Shown: positions 45,684 to 53,709 of the stretch, piece after piece
How the letters are laid out: every line of letters begins with the position of its first letter
Numbering within the stretch: the stretch's first letter is position 1
DNA from: a virus
Direction: 5' to 3' (one strand)
Virus record (IMG/VR): IMGVR_UViG_3300045988_131485
DNA: 64,000 bases
Program-made: the position numbers and the translations under genes
Notes under the pieces: generated by a model
Told to the model about the DNA's origin: nothing
What the model saw: only the letters and a program-made list of their open reading frames with translations
Database searches by the model: none

Positions 45684-45760
45684 TGGTGATGCGTCCGGGG
45701 ATCGAACCCGGAAATTCCACCTTGAAAGGGTGGTGACTCTACCAATTCGTCCAACGCACC
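45684..45760 (-). tRNA. tRNA-Glu(UUC)
   Basis: Stem CCACC/GGUGG, loop CUUUCAA, CCA encoded. Confidence 0.85.
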
Positions 45761-45764
45761 ATGT

Positions 45765-45851
45765 TGGTACTGCTAATGGGACTCGAACCCATACGGGATT
45801 TCTCCCACCAGCACCTGAAGCTGGCGTGTCTGCCTATTCCACCATAGCAGC
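45765..45851 (-). tRNA. tRNA-Leu(CAG), type II
   Basis: Loop UUCAGGU, long variable arm, CCA encoded. Confidence 0.85.
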
Positions 45852-45861
45852 ATATTTGGAT

Positions 45862-46104
45862 TTATTTGTCCCAATCAATTAAAGGGTATAGATCATAGGG
45901 CGAATCCCCAGTCGCAATTTTCTCATATCCGCCATCCACAATACGCCATAGCGTATGCTTCTTCTTTTCTGGATTTTGGCTGATCTGGTACTGCTTGCCC
46001 GACCTCGTTGTACACAGCACACCGGTACCGCACTCAGAGGCGGAAATCTTTTTAACGATTTTTGATGTTTTTTCTTTCGTTACGCCCGAATCTTTCTTCG
46101 GCAT
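45862..46104 (-). CDS. Hypothetical 80-aa basic protein inside the tRNA island
   Basis: ORF with AGGTG 5 nt upstream of the ATG. Lys-rich N-terminus. Confidence 0.45.
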   Translation of the reverse strand: MPKKDSGVTKEKTSKIVKKISASECGTGVLCTTRSGKQYQISQNPEKKKHTLWRIVDGGYEKIATGDSPYDLYPLIDWDK

Positions 46105-46233
46105 GATTGCACCTGCTTTATAAATTATGGCAAGGCGCTTCCAGTTGGAAGCCTTATTGCGGCAAGCAGTTCATGAGACTACTCTTTCTGTTATAACAAC
46201 TTGTGCGCACAAGCCCCTTCACAGATCCACCTC

Positions 46234-46310
46234 TGGTACTCCCAACGAGACTCGAACTCGTATTGCCGACTTGAGAGGCCGGCCTCCTATTCCAGTTAGA
46301 GGATGGGAGC
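46234..46310 (-). tRNA. tRNA-Glu(CUC)
   Basis: Loop CUCUCAA, CCA encoded. Confidence 0.8.
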
Positions 46311-46437
46311 ATATATAAAAATGCGGGCAAGGATTTACACCTTGCATGATAGCACCCCTTGCAGAGCAAGATACTTCCACGTCTACCTTCCCAATCGCCC
46401 ACAACGTCTACTTATTCCGCCACCGCATTTATTTTAT

Positions 46438-46527
46438 TGGCTGGGGTAGCAGGACTCGAACCTGCGGTCGAGGGTAAACCTCTTGTCGGAGTCAAAGTCC
46501 GATGCCTTACCAGCTTGGCGATACCCC
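46438..46527 (-). tRNA. tRNA-Gln(UUG) with an atypical 20-nt variable arm
   Basis: Acceptor and D arm (GGGGUAUCGCCAAGC.GGUAAGGCA) are Gln-like, and the loop is CUUUGAC. The gene is 90 nt because of the extra arm CAAGAGGUUUACCCUCGACC. Confidence 0.7.
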
Positions 46528-46531
46528 AATA

Positions 46532-46605
46532 TGGAGATACCGATAGGATTTGAACCTATGATCCTGGGGTTGCAGCCCAGAGCCTTACCACTTGGCTACG
46601 GTATC
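46532..46605 (-). tRNA. tRNA-Cys(GCA)
   Basis: Loop CUGCAAC, CCA encoded. Confidence 0.9.
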
Positions 46606-46709
46606 ATAAGCTGACTTCAGCGGTAATGGATGTCAGCCCCATTGATTAACGCCCCACTCATAAGGCCACCGCTATTTATAATATCGTTTCGCCCAAAATG
46701 GGAGAGCTG

Positions 46710-46786
46710 TGGTGGCAGTAGCAGGACTCGAACCTGCGTCTTACGACGTATGAGGTCGTGCTGGAGCCACCTCCAGTCATACTGCC
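46710..46786 (-). tRNA. tRNA-Met/Ile2(CAU), elongator-type
   Basis: Loop CUCAUAC. G1-C72 pair, so not an initiator. Unusual long D-stem. Confidence 0.75.
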
Positions 46787-46919
46787 ATATACGGTTTGCG
46801 TGGCTCACATCACTTGTACTTCGTGATTGCAACCCTCTCATCCCAGTGCTGGCACTGGGTCGAGTGACCATCAAAACCGAAAAAATGGTGCGGGGCTGTG
46901 ATTTAATGCAGATACGCCT

Positions 46920-47006
46920 TGGTGCCGAAGGTGGGACTTGAACCCACACGGTATCGCTACCAGAGGATTTTGAGTCCTCCGCGTCTGCCGATTCCACCAC
47001 TCCGGC
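46920..47006 (-). tRNA. tRNA-Leu(CAA), type II
   Basis: Loop CUCAAAA, long variable arm, CCA encoded. Confidence 0.85.
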
Positions 47007-47009
47007 ATA

Positions 47010-47084
47010 TGGAGCGAGTGACGGGGATCGAACCCGCATCCCCGGCTTGGAAGGCCGGTGCCCTGGCCGTTGTGCTACACCCGC
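47010..47084 (-). tRNA. tRNA-Gly(UCC)
   Basis: Loop CUUCCAA, CCA encoded. Confidence 0.9.
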
Positions 47085-47087
47085 ATA

Positions 47088-47163
47088 TGGTGTCCAGTGA
47101 CGGGATCGAACCGCCGACCCTTTGCTTGTAGGGCAAATGCTCTCCCAGCTGAGCTAACCGGAC
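47088..47163 (-). tRNA. tRNA-Val(UAC)
   Basis: Loop CCUACAA, CCA encoded. Confidence 0.85.
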
Positions 47164-47326
47164 AGATCGGCTTACTCACACCGTAAGCCATGGTGCCGGC
47201 TCGTACTTCGCCTGCCGGATTGCGCCGGTTTTACTCCCAAAACCTTGTAAAAGTCATCACTGCCAGATGTGAAGGTTTCTATTTCCCATTCGGTTTACAG
47301 TCTCCGCTCTGTTCGTGGGACGGGCA

Positions 47327-47400
47327 TGGTTGCGGGGGCAGGACTCGAACCTGCGACCACCAGCTTATGAGGCTGGTAAGCTACCACTGCTACACCCCGC
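47327..47400 (-). tRNA. tRNA-Met/Ile2(CAU), elongator-type
   Basis: Loop CUCAUAA, CCA encoded. Confidence 0.85.
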
Positions 47401-47404
47401 AATA

Positions 47405-47480
47405 TGGCTGACCCGGCAGGACTCGAACCTGCGACCATCTGATTAACAGTCAGACGCTCTACCATCTGAGCTACGGGCCA
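47405..47480 (-). tRNA. tRNA-Asn(GUU)
   Basis: Loop CUGUUAA, CCA encoded. Confidence 0.9.
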
Positions 47481-47667
47481 ATATAGATCTACGAGACGCA
47501 TTCTTAACGACACCACATTTGTTCGGCATATGCTTAGTTAAAGGCGATGATTTTTCTATTTCAAGTAGAATTGTTTTCAAAATTGCTGTTAGCGTCTCAA
47601 AATACGGAACACGGTTGTTCTTTTTCCCATAAAAAGTTTTTGAAAGTTGCTGTACGTGCCCCAAAAA

Positions 47668-47742
47668 TGGTAGAAGATGCCGGACTCGAACCGTTCTTCC
47701 TGCTCCCTGGGCAGGCGTGCTACCGTTATCACTACATCCTCT
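47668..47742 (-). tRNA. Non-canonical tRNA, Pro-like anticodon loop CCAGGGA (AGG)
   Basis: Good acceptor and anticodon stems and CCA encoded. However, it has C33 instead of U33, A34, and a weak T-stem (3 bp plus a wobble pair). Confidence 0.5.
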
Positions 47743-47747
47743 ATATA

Positions 47748-48176
47748 TGGTGGAGCCGAGGGGAATCGAACCCCTGTCCGAAATCCCTACATGAATAAAA
47801 CAGTCTTACGCAATAGACAACACTTTATCAATTCGCCTCAAACTGAGACGGGCGGATCAGCAGTTGTCACTCCGCGCCCAGGGCACACCGGTTAGATGCA
47901 CCTCCACCACCTTGTTTCTTTTCACAGTGACAAGGAAAACTGCAATACTCTGACCGAATCTTCGACCTCAGATGTTTACCCGGTCAGTGGGTACATCGTT
48001 TTGGAATCCAGCCGTCATCAGGCGGCAATTCCCTTTGCTGCAAGAGCAGCGGAAAAAGCGGGATGGATCATTACAACAGTCGTATCGTTGTCATTTCATT
48101 TTTGTTTAAGCCTTGAGGCGGTCTTCTACCTGCGAGTCTTACTCTCTCAGAACCCCGTCGAACCCATTACGGCCCC
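47748..48176 (-). ncRNA. ssrA: tmRNA (SsrA), phage-encoded
   Basis: 5' GGGGCCGUAAUGGGUUCGACGGGG and 3' GGACAGGGGUUCGAUUCCCCUCGGCUCCACCA, with G3:U70. Internal open frame ends ...AALAAKGIAA UGA UGA, with the stops in a hairpin loop. Confidence 0.85.
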
Positions 48177-48380
48177 ATATGAAATTGTCAAGGTGTATCG
48201 GTTCGGGCGTAGGCGCTGCCCGACCACGTTCCCCAATCCCTGCATATTCCAGACGGCGAATCTTATCGGCGTGCGGAAGGGGAAGTCTTGCAGTTCATAG
48301 AGAAAGATATGTGCCACAGCCGTATCTCCCGCCTTGTCATCGGCATTCGGTCAAAATACCATTCCTGTGGCGAATGGGAC

Positions 48381-48456
48381 TGGTCGGGACAAAAAGGATC
48401 GAACTTTTGACCTCACGATTATCAATCGTGTGCTCTACCAACTGAGCTATATCCCG
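48381..48456 (-). tRNA. tRNA-Ile(GAU)
   Basis: Loop UUGAUAA, CCA encoded. Confidence 0.9.
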
Positions 48457-48593
48457 ATATTACGGCAGACGCATCTGCCGTAATAGCTGTACGTCCGAAA
48501 AACCTCGTCTGCAGCCGATAGGCTTTTGGCTGAGATAGCAGTAAAAGTAATGAGCTGAACCGCACAAACGCCAACTTAGCCAATACAGCATAG

Positions 48594-48669
48594 TGGTGGA
48601 ACCAGGGAGGATCGAACTCCCGACCCCCTGCTTGCAAGGCAGGCGCTCTCCCAGCTGAGCTATGGCCCC
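48594..48669 (-). tRNA. tRNA-Ala(UGC)
   Basis: Loop CUUGCAA, G3:U70 identity pair, CCA encoded. Confidence 0.9.
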
Positions 48670-48704
48670 ATATGTCCGCCCCCTAATAAGGGGCGGCGCT
48701 GTTT

Positions 48705-48726
48705 TCATTGATTTTCTTTGTTGCTA
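48705..48726 (-). promoter_or_regulatory. Conserved box TAGCAACAAAGAAAATCAATGA at the head of the tRNA island
   Basis: Contains the invariant AGCAACAAAG. Followed by the 7-bp inverted repeat CTATGGT..ACCATAG. Confidence 0.55.
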
Positions 48727-48762
48727 TGGTCATATGATACCATAGGCATTTCTGGATGTCAA

Positions 48763-48780
48763 TAGCTACAAAGAAAATTA
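48763..48780 (+). promoter_or_regulatory. Near-copy of the box in opposite orientation (TAGCTACAAAGAAAATTA)
   Basis: One mismatch in the 10-nt core. Lies 37 nt from the previous copy. Confidence 0.35.
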
Positions 48781-48796
48781 TTTTATATTTTTTGTG

Positions 48797-49087
48797 TCAC
48801 TGCTGCGAGTCTGTACCGGCGCGAACATCCTCTTTCAGGCTGTTACTGGCTCGGAACGTGGGTACCTTGCTATCGCTCGATACCCGCATCTCCCCGGTGG
48901 AGATGTTTTTGCTATTGCGGCCTTTTCTGGTTTTCACCTCAAAGGTTCCGAAACCTCTGAGCTGTACCTGTTCCCCACGAACCAGCGCGTCTCTGATGAT
49001 TTGGAGCACTTCGTCCACCACATCATTGGCCTGATTCTTGTAGTAGCCTTTCTCGCACAGAGCGGACACGATATCGGCCTTAACCAT
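48797..49087 (-). CDS. HU/IHF-family DNA-binding protein
   Basis: Motif GFGTFEVKTRKGRNSKNISTGE...FRAS..LK. AAGGAGTGG SD. Confidence 0.85.
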   Translation of the reverse strand: MVKADIVSALCEKGYYKNQANDVVDEVLQIIRDALVRGEQVQLRGFGTFEVKTRKGRNSKNISTGEMRVSSDSKVPTFRASNSLKEDVRAGTDSQQ

Positions 49088-49098
49088 TGTCCCACTCC

Positions 49099-50343
49099 TT
49101 AATTCAATTTGATCTGATAGCAGGCATCCGCACCTACTCCGGGGCGGAAAACCATCATCAGCTGTGCCGGAGTCGAATAGAGCCGTTTTCCGTTAGCATA
49201 ATCATCCGTACCGCACAAGCAGGGTGCGATCATACTCTCGATTCCCAGCTCTTCAAACTCCTCTTTATGGTGTTTATCGGCCAACACCACATAGTCAATA
49301 TCGCTGGAATACTTCTTGGCGAACAGCGTGTGCAGCGTCTTTCCGGCGTTTTTCACGTTGTCCAAGTCACCATGGGCGGCACAAATGTTATACCCGCATA
49401 CGGAGAAGTACAAGAACTCGTAATACTCCGACTCCGGGAAAACGATATCACTGCGATCACGAAGCCGCTGTTCAAGCCACCAAGGGATCAGCCGCTCCAT
49501 GTTATCTGCATGAATGCTGTCGTTTTTATTTTGAACGGTTCTCAAATGATTTCCGTAGGTCGCGTGAACTACTGTCTGCTCAACCTCATCGGCCAAAACA
49601 CTGATCGCCTGTGCCATAATTTCTGACACCTGCATGATCTGGTCGCACGTCAGCTCCTCAGAGGCAACACGCGCACTGGTGTGTATTGAACCATGAGCCG
49701 CGTCGCCCAACAACACGACATGAAGTCTATGGCATTTATTCAGCCTGATACGCTCAACTGCTCGCTCAACCAGCCGTTCCACACGATAACGGCATACCTG
49801 AGTATCATACCGCTCCCAGATATTGTCCGTTACCATACCGTAATGCCAGTCGGCAAACACAAGAACAGCCTCAGCATCGCCAAGGAACATACAAAAGTCG
49901 TCCGGCTTATTAACCGATAGCGGCAAAGACTTATTCAGATCCTGAGCAGCCTTAACGAGCCGATCTTCCAGATTTTCCTCACGACCCATCCGATCGACCA
50001 TCTTATTGAACTCGCGGCGCTGGTCATAGAAGCGTTTGGCCTCTTTACGCATCTCCGCAATTTTGCAGTTTAGCTCGCCCATATAATCATCCTGGCCGGG
50101 ATTACCCTGAGCGGCATACTTTTTCTTGAAATACTGCGCAACAGCATAGCCGGAGTATGGCGTTACAGATGCCGCCTTTCTCAAACTATCCCGATGGCAT
50201 TCGATGCCAGTTGCTTCAACGATGTCTTCCCAGTCCAGATCGTCGGGCTTCTGTTCGACTTTGATTTCGATTAGGCGAAGACCATATTCATATGCATCCT
50301 CACCTTCTCTGCGTTCATACTTTGGATTCACGAATGTCTTCAC
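49099..50343 (-). CDS. Metallophosphoesterase (calcineurin-like) with an N-terminal helical domain
   Basis: Ordered motifs FADWHYG, LLGDAAHG, TYGNH, AAHGD, LADKHH. Confidence 0.7.
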   Translation of the reverse strand: MKTFVNPKYERREGEDAYEYGLRLIEIKVEQKPDDLDWEDIVEATGIECHRDSLRKAASVTPYSGYAVAQYFKKKYAAQGNPGQDDYMGELNCKIAEMRKEAKRFYDQRREFNKMVDRMGREENLEDRLVKAAQDLNKSLPLSVNKPDDFCMFLGDAEAVLVFADWHYGMVTDNIWERYDTQVCRYRVERLVERAVERIRLNKCHRLHVVLLGDAAHGSIHTSARVASEELTCDQIMQVSEIMAQAISVLADEVEQTVVHATYGNHLRTVQNKNDSIHADNMERLIPWWLEQRLRDRSDIVFPESEYYEFLYFSVCGYNICAAHGDLDNVKNAGKTLHTLFAKKYSSDIDYVVLADKHHKEEFEELGIESMIAPCLCGTDDYANGKRLYSTPAQLMMVFRPGVGADACYQIKLN

Positions 50344-50531
50344 CCCTCTTCTGCTGGCAGAAGCGTGCTCTGCCTGATTTCAATTTCAATGTTTGGTACG
50401 CCGGCCCAACGCTCCAAGATCTCCTTGATATCGTAAGTCCGAGCACCATTCACGTCATACTCCGTCAGCGTCATATCGGAGCAGTCGATCGTCGCGTGAG
50501 AATATACCTCACGCTGCTCCCGCACTGCCAT
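50340..50531 (-). CDS. Hypothetical early protein
   Basis: 63-aa ORF adjacent to the neighbouring genes (TAAATG, GTGA). Confidence 0.45.
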   Translation of the reverse strand: MAVREQREVYSHATIDCSDMTLTEYDVNGARTYDIKEILERWAGVPNIEIEIRQSTLLPAEEG

Positions 50532-50738
50532 TTACTTGTGCTCCTCGATCACGTTCATACGACGAATTTCGTTCAGCTTTGCAAGCAGCTCAGGGGATTC
50601 GACGCAGAAATAATGACCCCTCTTCGAGTCCTGCTTCATCGTCCGAGGATAACAGTAGTAGTGGGGATACTTATGCGGAGGGAACGCTTTGACCAGCAGA
50701 TCTTTCTCTGTCTTGTTAATAGGAACCACGAGAACCAT
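50532..50738 (-). CDS. Hypothetical early protein
   Basis: 68-aa ORF. Start uncertain (ATG at 50738 or the GTG 9 nt downstream). Confidence 0.4.
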   Translation of the reverse strand: MVLVVPINKTEKDLLVKAFPPHKYPHYYCYPRTMKQDSKRGHYFCVESPELLAKLNEIRRMNVIEEHK

Positions 50739-50750
50739 CCTTTTCTAATA

Positions 50751-50825
50751 AATTTGAGGGTGCTCCCTCAAATTTACACCAAATTTAGGACTTGGGAACT
50801 CCCGACAACAAATGGGAGTTCCCAG
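50751..50825 (-). terminator. Two tandem strong stem-loops downstream of the RNAP-like gene
   Basis: 12-bp stem CTGGGAACTCCC/GGGAGTTCCCAG (50791-50825, 1-nt bulge) and 10-bp stem AATTTGAGGG/CCCTCAAATT (50751-50774). No clear U-tract. Confidence 0.45.
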
Positions 50826-50883
50826 CGTGGTTTTAGAATTATTCGACCAACAAACCCGAAAATCTGTATAAAATTGTGAAAAT

Positions 50884-53706
50884 TCAACAGTTATCGGACA
50901 TTGTTTTTGGGCATATCGCCGTTTCTCTACGGAAATGGAACCCATAAATTTCCACGTCCCACAGGCCGTCAGAAACCTCAGTCAACGTTGAAATGGGTGT
51001 CCGACTCTGCTCAATCAAGTCCAAAAAGCACTGATTAGGTGCCGAAAACAACGTATAAAACAAGGTGCGTGAGATATCTTTATTCTGAGGCTCCTCAATG
51101 GCGAGCATCAACCGATATGCAGTATGAGGACTGATCCGCAGTGACTTAATATAGTTGATATACTCCTGCCGAATCTCATGTACCAGGATTGCCTTACCGT
51201 AGTTATCCAGGTTTTCATCTGTTCCATCCCAAACTGCCCGGATCTTAGATCTCATATCTCTGACAAACTCCAAGATCCGCTCGACCTGTGAATAGCTCAC
51301 AGATTTTTGCAGATAGGCGTCGTTTACCAACAGTTCAGAAAACGGGATGAACGACGTATAAGCATAGCTTGTACGGTAAGAGTTCAGGCTGTGCTGCAAA
51401 AAGTCCATCGTCGTATTGTGGAAGCGATAGTTTTTGCCCACACTGTCATAATAGCCCTTCATGCGGGCGATCTTCCCGAAAAAGTTGGGCTTTACTTGCC
51501 GGCCATCATCGTCGCGTATCTCATATTTTTTTCTCAACCGTTTGATTTCCGCAACACTGTCTACGGCATATTCTCGCTTCGCCTTATCAATCTCGATGTT
51601 GCTCAAAACGTCCAGCTGGGCAATCTCGCAGTAAAGCTCCTCATACTCGGAAAAATCTGCTCCGCTGTTCAGCGCGTCCCACAGCTTCGTATTCAGCTCT
51701 TGGGAGAGGTTTACGATCTCACCGATCTTATTGACCGATGTTTTGATATCCAGATCAGACTGATCTGATTTGGTATAATGACGCACGATTTTCTTAGCGT
51801 CTACCATGCTGGTCGGGACGAGGAACTTGTGATAGTTCCGTTCTGCGGCCCGAATAAGGATGGCGTTGTTCGTCAGCAACATAGTATCAGAGTCAAAGTC
51901 TGCACCGGATAGCCGGAAAAGAATATTCTCGCCGATACTGTTGGTACACACGATCTCTCGCGTGGTATTGACGTACTGCCGGATCTCCTCGTTATCCGTA
52001 TTCCTCGCCAGGAGAACATTTCCCATCGTCACATGGGGACTGCGCGATCCGAGAATAGTCTGATCAAAAGCAAACTGTTGGCAAAAAATATTGCCTACTC
52101 CGATTTTACTCTCACCATCAAATTGCCCAATCGCAGAGTAGAGCATTTCGATGGGGTTTCCCAGCAGAGTTGAATAGTTCCCTTCTACAAGAATGTGTCC
52201 ACGGGCCAGCTCTTTTTTGAACGACTTCGATACGTCGGTTTTGAAGTTGTGGTACAGCCTCGTTTGAGAAAACTTATCTGTAACGCCCAACATCTGATAT
52301 ACCACATCGTTCGTCGTCGTAATTCCGTCGCTGTCGATCTCCTCATTCCCGCCCATATATTTGATATGGTACCGCAGCACCGCAGGATCTGTCTGAATCA
52401 TGCGCAGATAATCCAACGACGGTTTTACCAACTGGTCAACATCATCTTGCGAAAGCTGAAGAGTATTCAAAAGCTGGTAATGGATCTGCACCATGCGGCC
52501 ATCAAAGAAATGCGTCGGCTTCTCATGCTTCACGACACCAAAGTTACCGTCTTCGTCCAGCAATCTCAGCCACTGTTCCAGAGTGCCAAACTTCACGTAC
52601 TTAATACTACTGGGCGTAGTAATAACCTTGATATCGCTGATATCCTGCGCCAGCGTGAAACCGGAAAGCTGAGACACATCAGTAATGCCGCGATCGGCGA
52701 AGAACTTCTGGATATTGGTATTAAAGCAGGCTGATTTGAAAAAACGGTTCCGCAGAAGGATCATACCGTAATCCTGCCATTCGCCCATAGCACTTTTGTC
52801 AATGAGAGACTGTCCGTCCCAAATGCTATTCTCGATCTCAACCTCTTCCGGCTTTGAAGTAAGCCAGTTATCGCTGCCAATCCTTGTCGCCACAACGCGA
52901 TCTTTGAACACGCTCTTATAGTCGTCGATTACCAAGAAGTTCTCGGGCCGCAGCGGAATAGTACCGACGATGCTGCTCAGAGTAAGGGCGATATAGGCTT
53001 CCAGAGCGGCCAGATCAATCTCCTGACCCTCTTTTACTTTCAGCCCACAAAGCTCCCACTTGTGCATTCTTGGATACAACTGCTCATCAATGAACAGGCA
53101 CTTTCCAATTCGGCTGCTTCCGCTTGAACGCTTGAACCTACGGAACACAATACCATCACACGTGAATCCGTCTTGATAAAGACGATTCCGAAGCTGGGCT
53201 ACGGTAAGAAGTACCTTCATGGTTTTCCCGAGCCGATACATTCCGTTATCAAAAACGAACAGATCTCCCAGCTCTTGGGGAGAGGCCGGATTTTCGACGG
53301 GAGATCCTACCCGTACAGCAATCAGTTCCCCATCCTTGATACAAATGTTGTCGGTAAGATGCACATCCTGCGGCAGATAACCATACTTGATGTAGGTGTT
53401 GTCAAAGAAGCGATTAAACTCCTTGACGCTATACTTGAACGTGACATTGATCACGCGCCGGCAGTATTCTTTACCCCGCTTACTGAATGTGAAGTCCATG
53501 CGGCGGTATACCTTCTCATAAACTTCCCTCAGCTTTATCAGGTCGAGGCTATAATCCAAAGTGTTGACAAAACGTCTTGTATTGAACTGGTCGTTGTGGT
53601 CTGATCCAGCCAACTTCACAGAATATTCCTTGCTGTTCGGGCTTGAATAGTTCGCCAAAAACAAATCCTTGGCATCCACAGACACGATATAGACCGAATT
53701 ACCCAT
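50884..53706 (-). CDS. YonO-like single-subunit two-barrel RNA polymerase homologue (RdRP/beta-prime DPBB superfamily)
   Basis: 940 aa. SGADFDSD (nt 51886-51903), reminiscent of NADFDGD/DbDGD, preceded about 45 aa upstream by SRSPHVTMGNV, reminiscent of RxPxxHxxG. Confidence 0.6.
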   Translation of the reverse strand: MGNSVYIVSVDAKDLFLANYSSPNSKEYSVKLAGSDHNDQFNTRRFVNTLDYSLDLIKLREVYEKVYRRMDFTFSKRGKEYCRRVINVTFKYSVKEFNRFFDNTYIKYGYLPQDVHLTDNICIKDGELIAVRVGSPVENPASPQELGDLFVFDNGMYRLGKTMKVLLTVAQLRNRLYQDGFTCDGIVFRRFKRSSGSSRIGKCLFIDEQLYPRMHKWELCGLKVKEGQEIDLAALEAYIALTLSSIVGTIPLRPENFLVIDDYKSVFKDRVVATRIGSDNWLTSKPEEVEIENSIWDGQSLIDKSAMGEWQDYGMILLRNRFFKSACFNTNIQKFFADRGITDVSQLSGFTLAQDISDIKVITTPSSIKYVKFGTLEQWLRLLDEDGNFGVVKHEKPTHFFDGRMVQIHYQLLNTLQLSQDDVDQLVKPSLDYLRMIQTDPAVLRYHIKYMGGNEEIDSDGITTTNDVVYQMLGVTDKFSQTRLYHNFKTDVSKSFKKELARGHILVEGNYSTLLGNPIEMLYSAIGQFDGESKIGVGNIFCQQFAFDQTILGSRSPHVTMGNVLLARNTDNEEIRQYVNTTREIVCTNSIGENILFRLSGADFDSDTMLLTNNAILIRAAERNYHKFLVPTSMVDAKKIVRHYTKSDQSDLDIKTSVNKIGEIVNLSQELNTKLWDALNSGADFSEYEELYCEIAQLDVLSNIEIDKAKREYAVDSVAEIKRLRKKYEIRDDDGRQVKPNFFGKIARMKGYYDSVGKNYRFHNTTMDFLQHSLNSYRTSYAYTSFIPFSELLVNDAYLQKSVSYSQVERILEFVRDMRSKIRAVWDGTDENLDNYGKAILVHEIRQEYINYIKSLRISPHTAYRLMLAIEEPQNKDISRTLFYTLFSAPNQCFLDLIEQSRTPISTLTEVSDGLWDVEIYGFHFRRETAICPKTMSDNC

Positions 53707-53709
53707 GGT

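Noticed and set aside
46886-47240. Short segments ending in ...GCACCA (46886-46918 and 47191-47240) as extra tRNA genes
   Set aside because: There is no matching 5' acceptor strand, no T-loop GTTCRA motif and no anticodon arm. They are probably tRNA remnants or chance matches.
44102-48669. Suppressor tRNAs or stop-codon recoding
   Set aside because: No tRNA has a CUA, UCA or UUA anticodon. All large genes, including the 2722-aa and 1322-aa ORFs, are open in the standard code.
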